Below, piece by piece: positions 19,877 through 30,053 of a stretch of DNA of 64,000 nucleotides. Where the stretch lies: contig OZ220716.1 of NCBI GenBank assembly GCA_965116795.1, positions 2,058,503 through 2,122,502 on the forward strand, read 5' to 3'. Each line of letters starts with the position of its first letter. Position 1 is the first letter of the stretch. Made by a program: the position numbers and the translations under genes. Under the pieces are notes generated by a model. The model did not search any database. It saw nothing but the letters and a program-made list of their open reading frames with translations, and was not told where the DNA came from. This DNA is from Gammaproteobacteria bacterium (lineage in GTDB: Bacteria > Pseudomonadota > Gammaproteobacteria > JAJFKG01).

Positions 19877-20752
19877 AATAAAAATAGGTATAAAACAAGT
19901 AAGCCATAAACACTTTAAGTGCTTTATAGCCTTAAGTACTATTTTTTTACTGAGGTTATTCAGGGTTAAGGAAGTACTCGTGTCAAAAAACAGCCTAAGT
20001 TATCTCTGTCATGCTAAGTTACACGCAGAGCAAATGACAATAACACGAATAATCAATTCGAATTCAAGCCAGATTGAAATGACAGTACCCGTAAAACGCT
20101 TATAGACGACTTCTAGTGCACTTAACCCCTGAAATCACTGGGGTTAAATAAATTAACTGCGATCGTGAATGGGAGATAAACTATCACGGTGTTACAGGGA
20201 GATTATTTACGTAACCGGGAAAAAATTAAAAAATAGATAAAAAATAGGCGCGCGCCGCATCTGCAAACACGCACATCCGTGACAAGAATAAAAATCAATG
20301 CGTAATAGTTTTTAAATGTCGTCTATAACGGCCATACAAGATCGTCACGCGCATTTCTACGTGTAGGTTATGCCTAGGTAGCTGCTCGAGTTAAATCGTC
20401 GCTTAAAACGCTTTATTTTAATTTCAACATCTTAATAAATTTTTACTTGCAAGTGGATCAAGCATTCATACGCAAAAGCAAGACGATTGAATTGGCTCAA
20501 TCAGCACGCAATAGATCCACTGCAACAGCATGCAATGGATCCACCTCGATCATACGTTAAGCCATCACGTTACTCGATTTCTTTTTGCGTTAACTGCTAC
20601 TGCAAATCGCTAACATACAACCACTGCAACGACACACAAACGCATAAATAACCTGTTTTATTAGTGTCAATACCTACCATAGACTTGATCCAAACTTTCT
20701 ATTTTTACAAAAGAAAAAAATTAATACACCACATTCACTACAAAACAAACAC

Positions 20753-21041
20753 GTTATCGTGCAACATATTTTTTGCAACAAAAACGCCGTGTTGTGTTAT
20801 AATTTTCGTTACAGTCAGACGTGCTTTACAAGACGCGAATGAAGTAAGCATAACTGGCTGTGTTGTTAGTATTGCAGTAGTACGAGTTAGCTAAGCTAAT
20901 GTGTTACAAAAAATGTTAACGAAAGTTTGTTAAATGACACGTGCTATGCATAGACTAAAAACAAACTTTTACTATTTTTGTAATTAACATTAACCAACAC
21001 ACAAATGTTAATAACAAATTGAGCAAGTTATCGTGCAACAT
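20753..21041 (+). promoter_or_regulatory. Candidate late promoter region: duplicated GTTATCGTGCAACAT and an extended -10
   Basis: 15-bp repeat at 20753 and 21027; TGTTATAAT at 20795-20803. Confidence 0.4.
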
Positions 21042-21181
21042 CTTTTTTCTAGACACGATAGCAAAACGTGATAGATATAGATTACATAGATGTTAACAAC
21101 GGAGGCGTGAAAACACGATACAAACAGCAGACGGTCAAATGCAAATTGACACTAAAATAGCTTGAAGAATCAAACACCTAC

Positions 21182-21382
21182 GGGTCCTTCCTGGAGGCAA
21201 AAGGCATTCGGGGCTCCGGGGCGCAATATTTCGCTAGCGACAGACCAAAAAAAATGGTTCGCAGTTCGCACTCAAGTCATACAACAACTTCACTAACTCA
21301 CTGAATCTAAAAAATATTTTCAAACTCTATTCGACAAAATTGGTTCGCATTTAGTTCGCACCTAACCCTAACAGGTTCGCAC
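21182..21382 (+). other. Lambda-like cos packaging site (cosQ, cosN-like, cosB-like repeats)
   Basis: GGGTCCT at 21182, then 22 nt, then GGGCTCCGGGGC...TTTCGCT, mirroring the lambda cos layout; five GTTCGCA repeats at 21257-21381; upstream of the terminase genes. Confidence 0.65.
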
Positions 21383-21415
21383 TCAACCACACGACTTCAC
21401 TCAGGATAAAACACA

Positions 21416-22699
21416 ATGGATTTAACGGTTCAACAGACACCGCTGGAACAAGTGATCCCGTATGCCCGTAATGCACGCACCCATAGCGATGCACAGGTGG
21501 CACAAATCGCAGCTTCTATTGCGGAGTTTGGTTTTGTCAATCCAATATTGATTGGCAGTGACAATATCATCATTGCAGGACACGGGCGTGTACTTGCTGC
21601 ACAAAAGCTTGGGCTTGAAACAGTGCCAACCATTATCCTTGTGCACTTGAACGAAAACCAACGTCGTGCCTTAGTGATTGCCGATAACAAGCTCGCTGAG
21701 AATGCAGGATGGGATCAAGAACTGTTACGTTTAGAGTTGCAAAGCCTGGTAGATGAAGATTTCAACATTGACCTACTTGGCTTTGATGACGTTGATTTAG
21801 ATGCGCTGTTGTCTGATATTAACAGCGATGATGCCACTATTGTTGAAGAGACAATCCCTGGACCCCAAGCGGATCCTGTGAGTAAGGTAGGCGATGTTTG
21901 GATATTAGGTGATCATCGGTTACTGTGTGGTGATGCGACTGACTCTAGTGTACTTCAAACGCTGATGAACGATGAATTGGCTGACATGGTCTTTACCGAT
22001 CCACCGTATAACGTCAATTACGATGATAAAGACAAATATCCTACTGGGTGTACTGGCAAGACCAAGCGCACAATCTTAAACGATAATCTTGGCAATGACT
22101 TTGAAATATTCCTCATGGCTGCTTGCAACAACATGCTTACCTACACCAAAGGGGCTGTGTATATTTGCATGAGCTCAAGTGAACTCGATACCTTACGACG
22201 TGCTTTCTGCAATGCGGGTGGCAAGTGGTCAACCTTTATCATTTGGGCGAAGAATACGTTTACGTTAGGCCGCTCTGATTATCAACGTCAATATGAACCG
22301 ATGTTGTATGGTTGGAAAAGTGGAAACGATCACTACTGGTGTGGTGCACGTGATCAGGGTGATGTGTGGTTTTGTAATAAACCACGTAAGAATGACTTGC
22401 ACCCAACCATGAAGCCAATAGAACTGGTGGTCCGCGCCATTAAGAATTCCAGTAAAAGCCGTGACATTATTTTAGATCCGTTTGCAGGTTCCGGAACAAC
22501 ATTGATTGCGGCTGAACAAACTGGCAGACGAGCACGGTTAATTGAATTAGATCCACGTTATGTGGATGTCATACTTCAACGTTGGCAAACATTAACGGGC
22601 CAACAAGCTTACCTTCAAGAGACAGAGCAACCCTATGATGTGCTGTTACAACAACGTGAGCAGCAAGTAGCACCCCCTTCTTCTGATACAACAGACTAA
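21416..22699 (+). CDS. ParB-N domain + N6/N4 DNA methyltransferase
   Basis: PYARNARTH...IAGHGR (ParB-N); FTDPPYNV, HPTMKP, LDPFAGSGTT. Confidence 0.95.
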   Translation: MDLTVQQTPLEQVIPYARNARTHSDAQVAQIAASIAEFGFVNPILIGSDNIIIAGHGRVLAAQKLGLETVPTIILVHLNENQRRALVIADNKLAENAGWDQELLRLELQSLVDEDFNIDLLGFDDVDLDALLSDINSDDATIVEETIPGPQADPVSKVGDVWILGDHRLLCGDATDSSVLQTLMNDELADMVFTDPPYNVNYDDKDKYPTGCTGKTKRTILNDNLGNDFEIFLMAACNNMLTYTKGAVYICMSSSELDTLRRAFCNAGGKWSTFIIWAKNTFTLGRSDYQRQYEPMLYGWKSGNDHYWCGARDQGDVWFCNKPRKNDLHPTMKPIELVVRAIKNSSKSRDIILDPFAGSGTTLIAAEQTGRRARLIELDPRYVDVILQRWQTLTGQQAYLQETEQPYDVLLQQREQQVAPPSSDTTD

Positions 22700-22718
22700 T
22701 AAATAGGATAATATTATT

Positions 22719-23249
22719 ATGGGAATATCGATACGTGAGTATGCCAGACGTCGTGACGTCAGTGATATGGCTGTTCGTAAAGCGATTAAACAAGGACGTA
22801 TTACCAAAGAGTCCGATGGCACAATTGATCCAAACCGTGCTGATAAAGCCTGGGTAACCAATACGGCTCGCCCGCAATTAAAATTAACCCCTAACGTGAC
22901 GGTATCAAAAGATATTACGACAACGTTACAAGACAATGACCAGGTGGCATCAAGTGGCAATACCTTTATAAAAGCCAAGACCACCAACGAAATCATCAAA
23001 GCGCAAACCAACAAGCTGCGATTTAAACAGTTGAATGGAGAGTTAGTTAACAAGGAAGAAGTCTGTCGACTCGTTTTTCAATTATCACGTCAAGAGCGTG
23101 ATGCGTGGCAAGCTTGGCCAGCACGCATTGCCAGTCAAATGGCTGCCCAATTACAAATTGATACGCATACATTGCAAATTACCCTAGAACAATACATCTA
23201 TGAACATCTGCTTGAGTTAGGCAATGTCAAACTCGACTTTAAAGAGTGA
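22719..23249 (+). CDS. Putative terminase small subunit
   Basis: N-terminal HTH SIREYARRRDVSDMAVRKAIKQGRI; directly upstream of the large subunit. Confidence 0.75.
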   Translation: MGISIREYARRRDVSDMAVRKAIKQGRITKESDGTIDPNRADKAWVTNTARPQLKLTPNVTVSKDITTTLQDNDQVASSGNTFIKAKTTNEIIKAQTNKLRFKQLNGELVNKEEVCRLVFQLSRQERDAWQAWPARIASQMAAQLQIDTHTLQITLEQYIYEHLLELGNVKLDFKE

Positions 23250-24455
23250 TCTCTCTATGGAAGATGCTCTAATAGCTTGGAATACGGGAAAGCTCCCTGC
23301 ACCCAATTTAACGATTTCACAGTGGGCAGATGAATATCGTACTTTATCACCCAAAGCCGCTGCAGAACCTGGGCGTTGGCGCACAGAACGTACACCGTAC
23401 TTGCGTGAAATCATGGATGCTCTATCGCCCCACTCGCCGATTCAGCGGGTTATCTTTATGAAAGGTGCGCAGATTGGTGGGACTGAAGCCGGAAATAATT
23501 GGATTGGCTATGTGATTCATTTCTCCCCTGCGCCAATGATGGCCGTGGCACCGACAACAGAGTTAGCTAAACGTAATTCTAAGCAGCGTATTGATCCACT
23601 TATTGAAGATTGTGCTGCATTAAAAGAGCGTGTTAAACCCGCACGTTCGCGTGATTCAGGCAATACCGTATTATCAAAAGACTTCCCTGGTGGCGTGTTG
23701 GTAATGACGGGAGCTAACTCGGCAGTAGGATTACGCTCCATGCCAGCACGTTATTTGTTTATGGATGAAGTCGATGGTTACCCAGGAGATATTGAAGGTG
23801 AAGGCGATCCGATTGTCTTAGCTGAAAGACGCAGTGCCACCTTTCAAACACGGCGCAAAATATTTTTAGTCAGCACACCAACGCTTAAAGGCTTATCACG
23901 AATTAATCGTGAGTTTGAGCAGACTGACCAGCGTTACTATCATATACCATGTCCACATTGTCAGCATTTCCAAGCATTACGTTTTGGTCAATTGCGTTGG
24001 GAGGAAGGTTGCCCTGTTGATGTGGCTTACCAATGTGAATCATGTGATGAATTGATTGCAGAGCACCATAAAACAGAGCTATTAGCCAACGGTAAATGGG
24101 TGGCTACGAATGATAATCCGCAACAACGTCACACGGTTGGTTATCACTTATCAAGTCTTTACAGTCCCATTGGGTGGTTTAGTTGGTCGGATGCCGCCAA
24201 TTTATATGAACAAGCCAAAGCCCATCCAGAGCTGATGAAAAGTTTTGTCAATACCGTATTAGGAGAGCCATATGAAGAAGAACACGATGCACCGGACTGG
24301 GAAGCCATTTATCAAAGACGTGAAGCATATCCACAAGGTATTGTCCCGACTGGTGGATTGTTTCTTACAGCTGGTGTTGATATTCAAAAGGATCGTATTG
24401 AATGTGAAGTTGTGGCTTGGTCGCGCGATAAGCAGAGCTGGTCAGTTGATTACTT
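23224..24455 (+). pseudogene. Terminase large subunit (GpA), 5' part, interrupted by IS66
   Basis: MKGAQIGGTE, LFMDEVDGY, VSTPT, CPHC, LTAGVDIQ; ends at the TSD. Confidence 0.93.
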
Positions 24456-24490
24456 GTAAGCCCCTAAAAATCCCACCTGGGCATACCTGT

Positions 24491-26077
24491 TTAAGCCGTT
24501 AAAATTTGAGGATCAATAAACTGTGGTAATAAAGAGGCTGCATCAATATCTCCACGCCGTATTGCGTGGGCTTGATTAAGCACGTAAGTCAGATAGTGAC
24601 GTACATTGATTTTATTGATTTTGCAAGTCTGGATCAGGCTGTAGAGCAATGCTGATTTGTTGGCACTGTGTTCATTGCCAACAAAGAGCCAGTTGCGGCG
24701 CCCAACCGCAAACGGACGAATGATATTCTCCGTTAAACAATTACTGATGTGTGTATGGCCATATTCAACGTATTGGCGCAACGGTATTTCGTTATTTTTA
24801 AGGTACGTGATAGCCGTACCCAACGTACTTTTAGGTAGCGCATTGATTTTATTAACCAGATTAAATAGCTCGTCAAGCACAGATTTAGCTTCTTCTTGCC
24901 GAACCTGATACCGTATTTCGTCGGATGCTTGCTTAATCGTTCTTTCAATCCGATAGAGCTTGTTAATCAGCGCCAGGCATTGTGCCGCGATACCGGTTCT
25001 ATTGTCGAGATTCGCTTTAATCGCATCGGTAAATTTGCGCCTGGCATGATCCCAGCACCCAAGGTGAGTCACATTCTGTCGCTTGCCAATAGCCGTATAA
25101 CCCGAATATCCATCTGTCTGTAGCCAACCAGCAAAGTGGGTCAATCGCTTTTCCGGCACGCTTGCCGCTCGGGTTAAATCAAATTCAAACATGACAAACC
25201 GATTCTTTCGATCTAATCCTTGATATGCCCAGATATAACCGGTCTTATCTGGGTATAAAATCTTTACGCGCGTCTCGTCTGCTTGTAGATACGTGGACAA
25301 AGCGACTTGTTCCCAAAACGCCTCGGCTAACGGTGACAATGCCTCAGCCGCTCCCATGACCCAGTTACCTAAGGTATTGTCCGGGATAATAATCCCATCA
25401 CGCTCCAGTAGCTTTGATTGCCGATATAGCGGCAAATGCGCATCATATTTCTTTAATATGACATCCACTATTAGATTGGTTGTTGCCATGCTTTTTTGTA
25501 AGGGAAACTCCGGTTTCTTGGCTGCCTTGACAGTTTCACAAGCACGGCAAGCATATTTAGGCGTCACATGCACAATCACTTTCAGTTGCGCAGGAATATA
25601 ATCAATTTTTTCAGAGGTGTCTTCGCCTATTTTCTGCATCTGACAACCACAAGCACATTGCTTTTCTTCGGCGGATAAATCATGCAAAACACGCTCGCTC
25701 GGCAGTTTACTCGTATCGATATTACGTGTGCTGCCTTTTTTCTTTTTCTTGCGTGAATAAGTAACTTGTTCGTTTTCATCATCAATAGGGGTAACCTTTT
25801 CAGTCACTTCGTCAGATTCATTGTCATCAAATAATGATAGTGTTTGTGATGTTTCTGACTGCTTGGCAAACTGACGATGTTTTCCCAGCTTGATTTGCTC
25901 TTCATACCATTTATTTTTCTTAACAGCATTACCTAGCTGTTCTTGCAAAGACTCAACTTGGGCTTGCAGAGTAAGGTTGCTCTGCTGCATACTTTCATTC
26001 TGCTTTGTTAAAGTCGCAATCATTGTTTTTAACTGCGAAACAACGTCGTTATTTTCACTGTTAATCTGAAATGACAT
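24491..26077 (-). CDS. tnpC: IS66 transposase TnpC
   Basis: LQADET, LQTDGYSGY, CWDHARRKF, ENIIRPFAVGRRNWLF; start revised to ATG 26077. Confidence 0.95.
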   Translation of the reverse strand: MSFQINSENNDVVSQLKTMIATLTKQNESMQQSNLTLQAQVESLQEQLGNAVKKNKWYEEQIKLGKHRQFAKQSETSQTLSLFDDNESDEVTEKVTPIDDENEQVTYSRKKKKKGSTRNIDTSKLPSERVLHDLSAEEKQCACGCQMQKIGEDTSEKIDYIPAQLKVIVHVTPKYACRACETVKAAKKPEFPLQKSMATTNLIVDVILKKYDAHLPLYRQSKLLERDGIIIPDNTLGNWVMGAAEALSPLAEAFWEQVALSTYLQADETRVKILYPDKTGYIWAYQGLDRKNRFVMFEFDLTRAASVPEKRLTHFAGWLQTDGYSGYTAIGKRQNVTHLGCWDHARRKFTDAIKANLDNRTGIAAQCLALINKLYRIERTIKQASDEIRYQVRQEEAKSVLDELFNLVNKINALPKSTLGTAITYLKNNEIPLRQYVEYGHTHISNCLTENIIRPFAVGRRNWLFVGNEHSANKSALLYSLIQTCKINKINVRHYLTYVLNQAHAIRRGDIDAASLLPQFIDPQILTA

Positions 26078-26178
26078 GCTTATTTCCCTGTAAAAACAAT
26101 AGCGAGATTGTAACAAAACTAAAAATAAAATGCACGTGAAAATCACAAAAAAACGCTATTTATATCGCTTATATTATC

Positions 26179-26532
26179 CTAATAATAATCATCGTATGAT
26201 AACGCTTTCCAATGGCGCATCTTGTCCCAGTCAAGGCCCGCCAATAACCAACTTAATTGCTTCTCATCTAAGCTAATGCATCGATTGTTACCAGCCTCTA
26301 CAATCGTAAACTTGCCCCTCTCCAAGCGTTTGTACAAAATGACAAACCCATTGCCATGCCATGATAATAGTTTTACCTTGTCTTTGCTGCGATTGTGAAA
26401 TATAAAAATCCCTTCCGTTGGATTAACCCCCAAATGTGTTTGCACTAAACACACTAATCCATCTATCGATTTCCTAAAATCTACCGCTTGACTGTAAAAC
26501 CATATCTTAGGGTCGCTTAACTTCAGTTGCAT
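26179..26532 (-). CDS. tnpB: IS66 accessory protein TnpB
   Basis: VDFRKSIDGL...KLLSWHGNGFVILYKRLERGKF. Confidence 0.95.
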   Translation of the reverse strand: MQLKLSDPKIWFYSQAVDFRKSIDGLVCLVQTHLGVNPTEGIFIFHNRSKDKVKLLSWHGNGFVILYKRLERGKFTIVEAGNNRCISLDEKQLSWLLAGLDWDKMRHWKALSYDDYY

Positions 26533-26894
26533 GACAATAATGCATTCATAATCGTGATGACACTGCTAATCTCCACAATATTGCAAATGACTACCTTGCT
26601 ATCACTTTTGCTGACCTCAATGCGAATGCCGTTAGTACAAACACTTATCTCAGGGGGCGTGATGACCGGAGTGAAATAACCTTCTTGTTCTCGTTGGTAG
26701 CGCAGCTTCCATCCCTTAAATCTCGATATCTTCAATCTATGCGCAGCACAATAGGCTTGTTGGGTTTGCCCACTCGCTAAGTACGCTTCAACATGTGCTC
26801 GCTTCTTAGGGTCAATTAAGCGCGAATAGCCACCTCGCTTTGATGGCGGCTTTGACTTTGAAATAGGTAGACTGTTTTCTCGTGATTTGCTCAT
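26523..26894 (-). CDS. tnpA: IS66 accessory protein TnpA
   Basis: SGQTQQAYCAAHRL..FKGW HTH; first ORF of the element. Confidence 0.85.
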   Translation of the reverse strand: MSKSRENSLPISKSKPPSKRGGYSRLIDPKKRAHVEAYLASGQTQQAYCAAHRLKISRFKGWKLRYQREQEGYFTPVITPPEISVCTNGIRIEVSKSDSKVVICNIVEISSVITIMNALLSCN

Positions 26895-26976
26895 CGTTAT
26901 TGCTCTCCATTATTAAAACAATGGCAAATTAATCGCTTTAACCACTACTGCCTAGATGGGATTTGTAGGGGCTTAC

Positions 26977-27816
26977 GATTACTTCGTTCTGGCAGGCGAT
27001 ACAGCGCGCTTGGAAGTCTGGCAAGCATTAGAAAAAGTTTTACAAAAAGATTGGCCACATGCTTCAGGTCATACGTTACCTATCAGAGTAATGGCGGTAG
27101 ATAGCGGTTATGCTACTCAAGAAGTGTATAATTGGGTACGTCAACACTCACAAGCGATTTGGGGTGGCGGTGGTGCCAGAGCTAATCAACCACGCACTGT
27201 CGTTGCAGTGAAAGGACGTGATAGAGATACGGCACTCATTTTGAGTGTCTCCAAAGTCGATGTCAGTGGCCGGCGTCGTGGATTACGCGTATGGAATGTC
27301 TCCAGCTCCATTGCCAAAGTAGAATTCTATCGCTGGTTAAAGCTGGAATACTCTATTAGCGATGATGAATCTCAACCTACCGGCGCTCCGGCAGGTTACT
27401 GTCATTTCCCGCAATATGAGCCAGAGTATTTCAAACAACTGACTGCCGAGAAACGTATTATTCGCGTACACCGCGGTTATCCTAAAGCCGTCTGGGAGAA
27501 AGACCCAACGCGGCGTAACGAAGCCTTAGATTGTCGAGTCTATGCCAGAGCGGCGGCCAGCATTTATGGATTAGATAGATTCAATGAACATCATTGGCAA
27601 CAGTTTGAAGCGGCATTAGGCAAACCGGTGCCAGAAAAAAGTGATGCAACAACATCAACATCATCAACATTAACGTCAACACCAACAAGCATTGTCACAA
27701 CGCCAACATCCGGTAGAAGTGCCTTCTTGCGGGCGATGATACAACAACGCCCAATGCAATTATCGGATGACCCGTATTTACAAGGTGATGATGATTTCGA
27801 TGTAACGGATTTTTAA
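26977..27816 (+). pseudogene. Terminase large subunit, 3' part
   Basis: AVDSGY, VKG, QLTAE, RNEALDCRVYA; joins in frame (WSVDY/FVLAGD) once the IS and one TSD are removed. Confidence 0.93.
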
Positions 27817-27854
27817 TAAACTAAATGAGCAAAGAAATAATAGAGTAGACAATA

Positions 27855-28088
27855 ATGCCAGTGACTGACGTAACCACATTACAAACCCGATTACAGGAAG
27901 CAGAGAATGCTTATCATTTATTAATGACAGGCAGTCAAGAAGTCAGTGTGCATATTGATGGTTATGGTGCTGTCACCTACACCTTCGCCAGCATGACACA
28001 GTTGGAGCGTTACATCACCAATTTAAAAATGATGCTGACTAAGCAATCAGGTCGTGGTGGACGTAAAGCCATTTTTGTTGAGTTCTAA
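27855..28088 (+). CDS. gpW-like head-tail joining protein
   Basis: AYHLLMTG...VTYT...LERYI; lies between terminase and portal. Confidence 0.85.
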   Translation: MPVTDVTTLQTRLQEAENAYHLLMTGSQEVSVHIDGYGAVTYTFASMTQLERYITNLKMMLTKQSGRGGRKAIFVEF

Positions 28089-28090
28089 TC

Positions 28091-29596
28091 ATGCGTATGC
28101 ATCCAAGTAAACACGCTGATACCGCACATCGCGGCGCATCGCATAGCGCTAGCGAATTACGCTCTTGGCAACCACCTAAAGGGTCAGCTGACAGTGATTT
28201 ATTGCCTGAATTAGATACGCTGGTATCACGCTCACGTGACTTAGTCCGTAACCATGGTGTGGCCAGTGGTGCCATACAAACATTAACTGATAATATTGTT
28301 GGCTCAGGGTTACGCTTAGCGGCACGGCCTGATTACGTGGTATTAGGAAAAACAAAAGAATGGGCGGATGCGTGGGCACGGCAAGTGGAATCTCACTTTC
28401 GCACCTGGGCAGAGTCAACAACCTGTGATGCCGCTAATTCACTGACATTTGCAGGACTCACGATACAAATATTTCGTTCATCCATGTTAAATGGTGAAGC
28501 GTTAGCACTGCCATTGTGGTTACCCAACAGAGGTGACTTTGCAACAACATTGCAATTGATAGAGCCGGATAGGTTAAGCAATCCTAACGGTGAACAAGAT
28601 AATCAAACGTTACGCGGTGGTATTGAAATTGATAAATATGGCGCACCGATGGCGTATTGGATTAAGCGCACTCATCCTGGTGATACATTTATGTTGGCAG
28701 AAGATGATGATTGGCAACGCATATCAGCAATAACCAAGTTTGGTCGTCAACGTGTGATACATATTCATGACAAAGAGCGTACCGGACAGACACGTGGCAA
28801 ACCGTTATTAACGAGTGTGCTGCCACTATTTAAAACTCTTGACCATTATGAACGTAGTGAATTACAAGCCGCTGTTGTCAATGCGATGATTGCGGCTTTC
28901 GTTGAAACCCCACTGGATAACGATGCCATCAGTGATTTATTCGGGGGTGACGTTAATGATTACATGAAAGCACGCAACGAGTGGCGATTACGTTTGCAAA
29001 GCGGTGCCATTATTCCGGTATTTCCAGGAGATAAAGTCTCTGCCTTCACGCCGAGTCGCCCCAACAGTGGTTACGGACAGTTTGTTGAGAATGTATTGCG
29101 GCATATTGGTACCGGACTCAATCTCCCCTTTGAACTGTTAATGAAGGACTTTTCGAAAACGAACTACTCCAGTGCTCGCGCTGCGCTGATGGAAGCGTGG
29201 CGCTTTTTTTCAGGCAGACGACAATGGTTAGCTACCTATTGGGCAAGACCGGTGTATGCATTGTGGTTAGAAGAAGCGATTAACAAAGGCTTGATTGAAG
29301 CTCCCAATTTTTATCAACAAAAGCAAGCGTGGACACGCTCGAAATGGATTGGTTCAGGACGCGGGTGGATTGACCCAGTAAAAGAAGCGCAAGCCTCAAA
29401 CATTCGCATGAACATTGGATTATCGACATTAGAAGAAGAATGTGCCGCCCAAGGATTAGATTGGGAAGAGATATTAGAGCAACGTGCGCGTGAGCAAGCC
29501 AAGCAAAAAGAATTGGGACTAATAGATACACGTGATATAGTTTCTTCTTCTGATACAATAAGGTCAATAAAAAATGTTAACGAGCTCACCTCATGA
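28091..29596 (+). CDS. Lambda-family portal protein
   Basis: RSRDLVRN, GQTRGKP, NYSSARAAL, WIDPVKE. Confidence 0.95.
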   Translation: MRMHPSKHADTAHRGASHSASELRSWQPPKGSADSDLLPELDTLVSRSRDLVRNHGVASGAIQTLTDNIVGSGLRLAARPDYVVLGKTKEWADAWARQVESHFRTWAESTTCDAANSLTFAGLTIQIFRSSMLNGEALALPLWLPNRGDFATTLQLIEPDRLSNPNGEQDNQTLRGGIEIDKYGAPMAYWIKRTHPGDTFMLAEDDDWQRISAITKFGRQRVIHIHDKERTGQTRGKPLLTSVLPLFKTLDHYERSELQAAVVNAMIAAFVETPLDNDAISDLFGGDVNDYMKARNEWRLRLQSGAIIPVFPGDKVSAFTPSRPNSGYGQFVENVLRHIGTGLNLPFELLMKDFSKTNYSSARAALMEAWRFFSGRRQWLATYWARPVYALWLEEAINKGLIEAPNFYQQKQAWTRSKWIGSGRGWIDPVKEAQASNIRMNIGLSTLEEECAAQGLDWEEILEQRAREQAKQKELGLIDTRDIVSSSDTIRSIKNVNELTS

Positions 29597-29970
29597 ATGA
29601 CAGGTTATATAGAGAAAGCCAGAAAATGGCAAAGAGTGGCACAATATTGGATTACCCAGTAACTGAGATAGTTGTTGATGGGGATGCTAATTACGCTGCG
29701 CTCAAAGTAACAGTGAAAGACACTCTCCCTTCTTTTGAAAAAGACAATTTTCTTGAGGAATTTGCCAAAGAGGTTCCTTTTATTAATGTAAAGATTATTA
29801 GTGACACAGAAATTGAAATAAAGGGAAGCCTGCAACAATCCGTAAATAAGCTGTGGCAATTAGGTTATATTAGCAAAGCCACACATGATGTTATCTGTGA
29901 TGATTTTAAAATAGGCACCTCAGACACCGTCCCCAGACCTATTCCTCGGCCTTGCAAATATCCATATTGA
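29593..29970 (+). CDS. Hypothetical moron between portal and protease
   Basis: AT-rich 125-aa ORF; alternative start MAKSG. Confidence 0.6.
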   Translation: MNDRLYRESQKMAKSGTILDYPVTEIVVDGDANYAALKVTVKDTLPSFEKDNFLEEFAKEVPFINVKIISDTEIEIKGSLQQSVNKLWQLGYISKATHDVICDDFKIGTSDTVPRPIPRPCKYPY

Positions 29971-30053
29971 TTAAATACTGACACGAGCTATCTCTACGAA
30001 TAGCGTTGTTACTAACAACGTAAGTTCCATATCTTTATATAGGAAATACATTT

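Larger units (their letters stand above)
24456..26976 (-). mobile_element. IS66-family element
   Basis: IRs gtaagcccctaaaaatccca / tgggatttgtaggggcttac; 8-bp TSD GATTACTT at 24448-24455 and 26977-26984; tnpA-tnpB-tnpC. Confidence 0.97.

Noticed and set aside
19866-20894. 79-aa and 76-aa ORFs in the central intergenic region
   Set aside because: GTG starts without RBS (one inside the IS IR) and no recognisable motifs.
21416-22699. Restriction-modification system
   Set aside because: Orphan ParB-methylase typical of this packaging module; no adjacent endonuclease.
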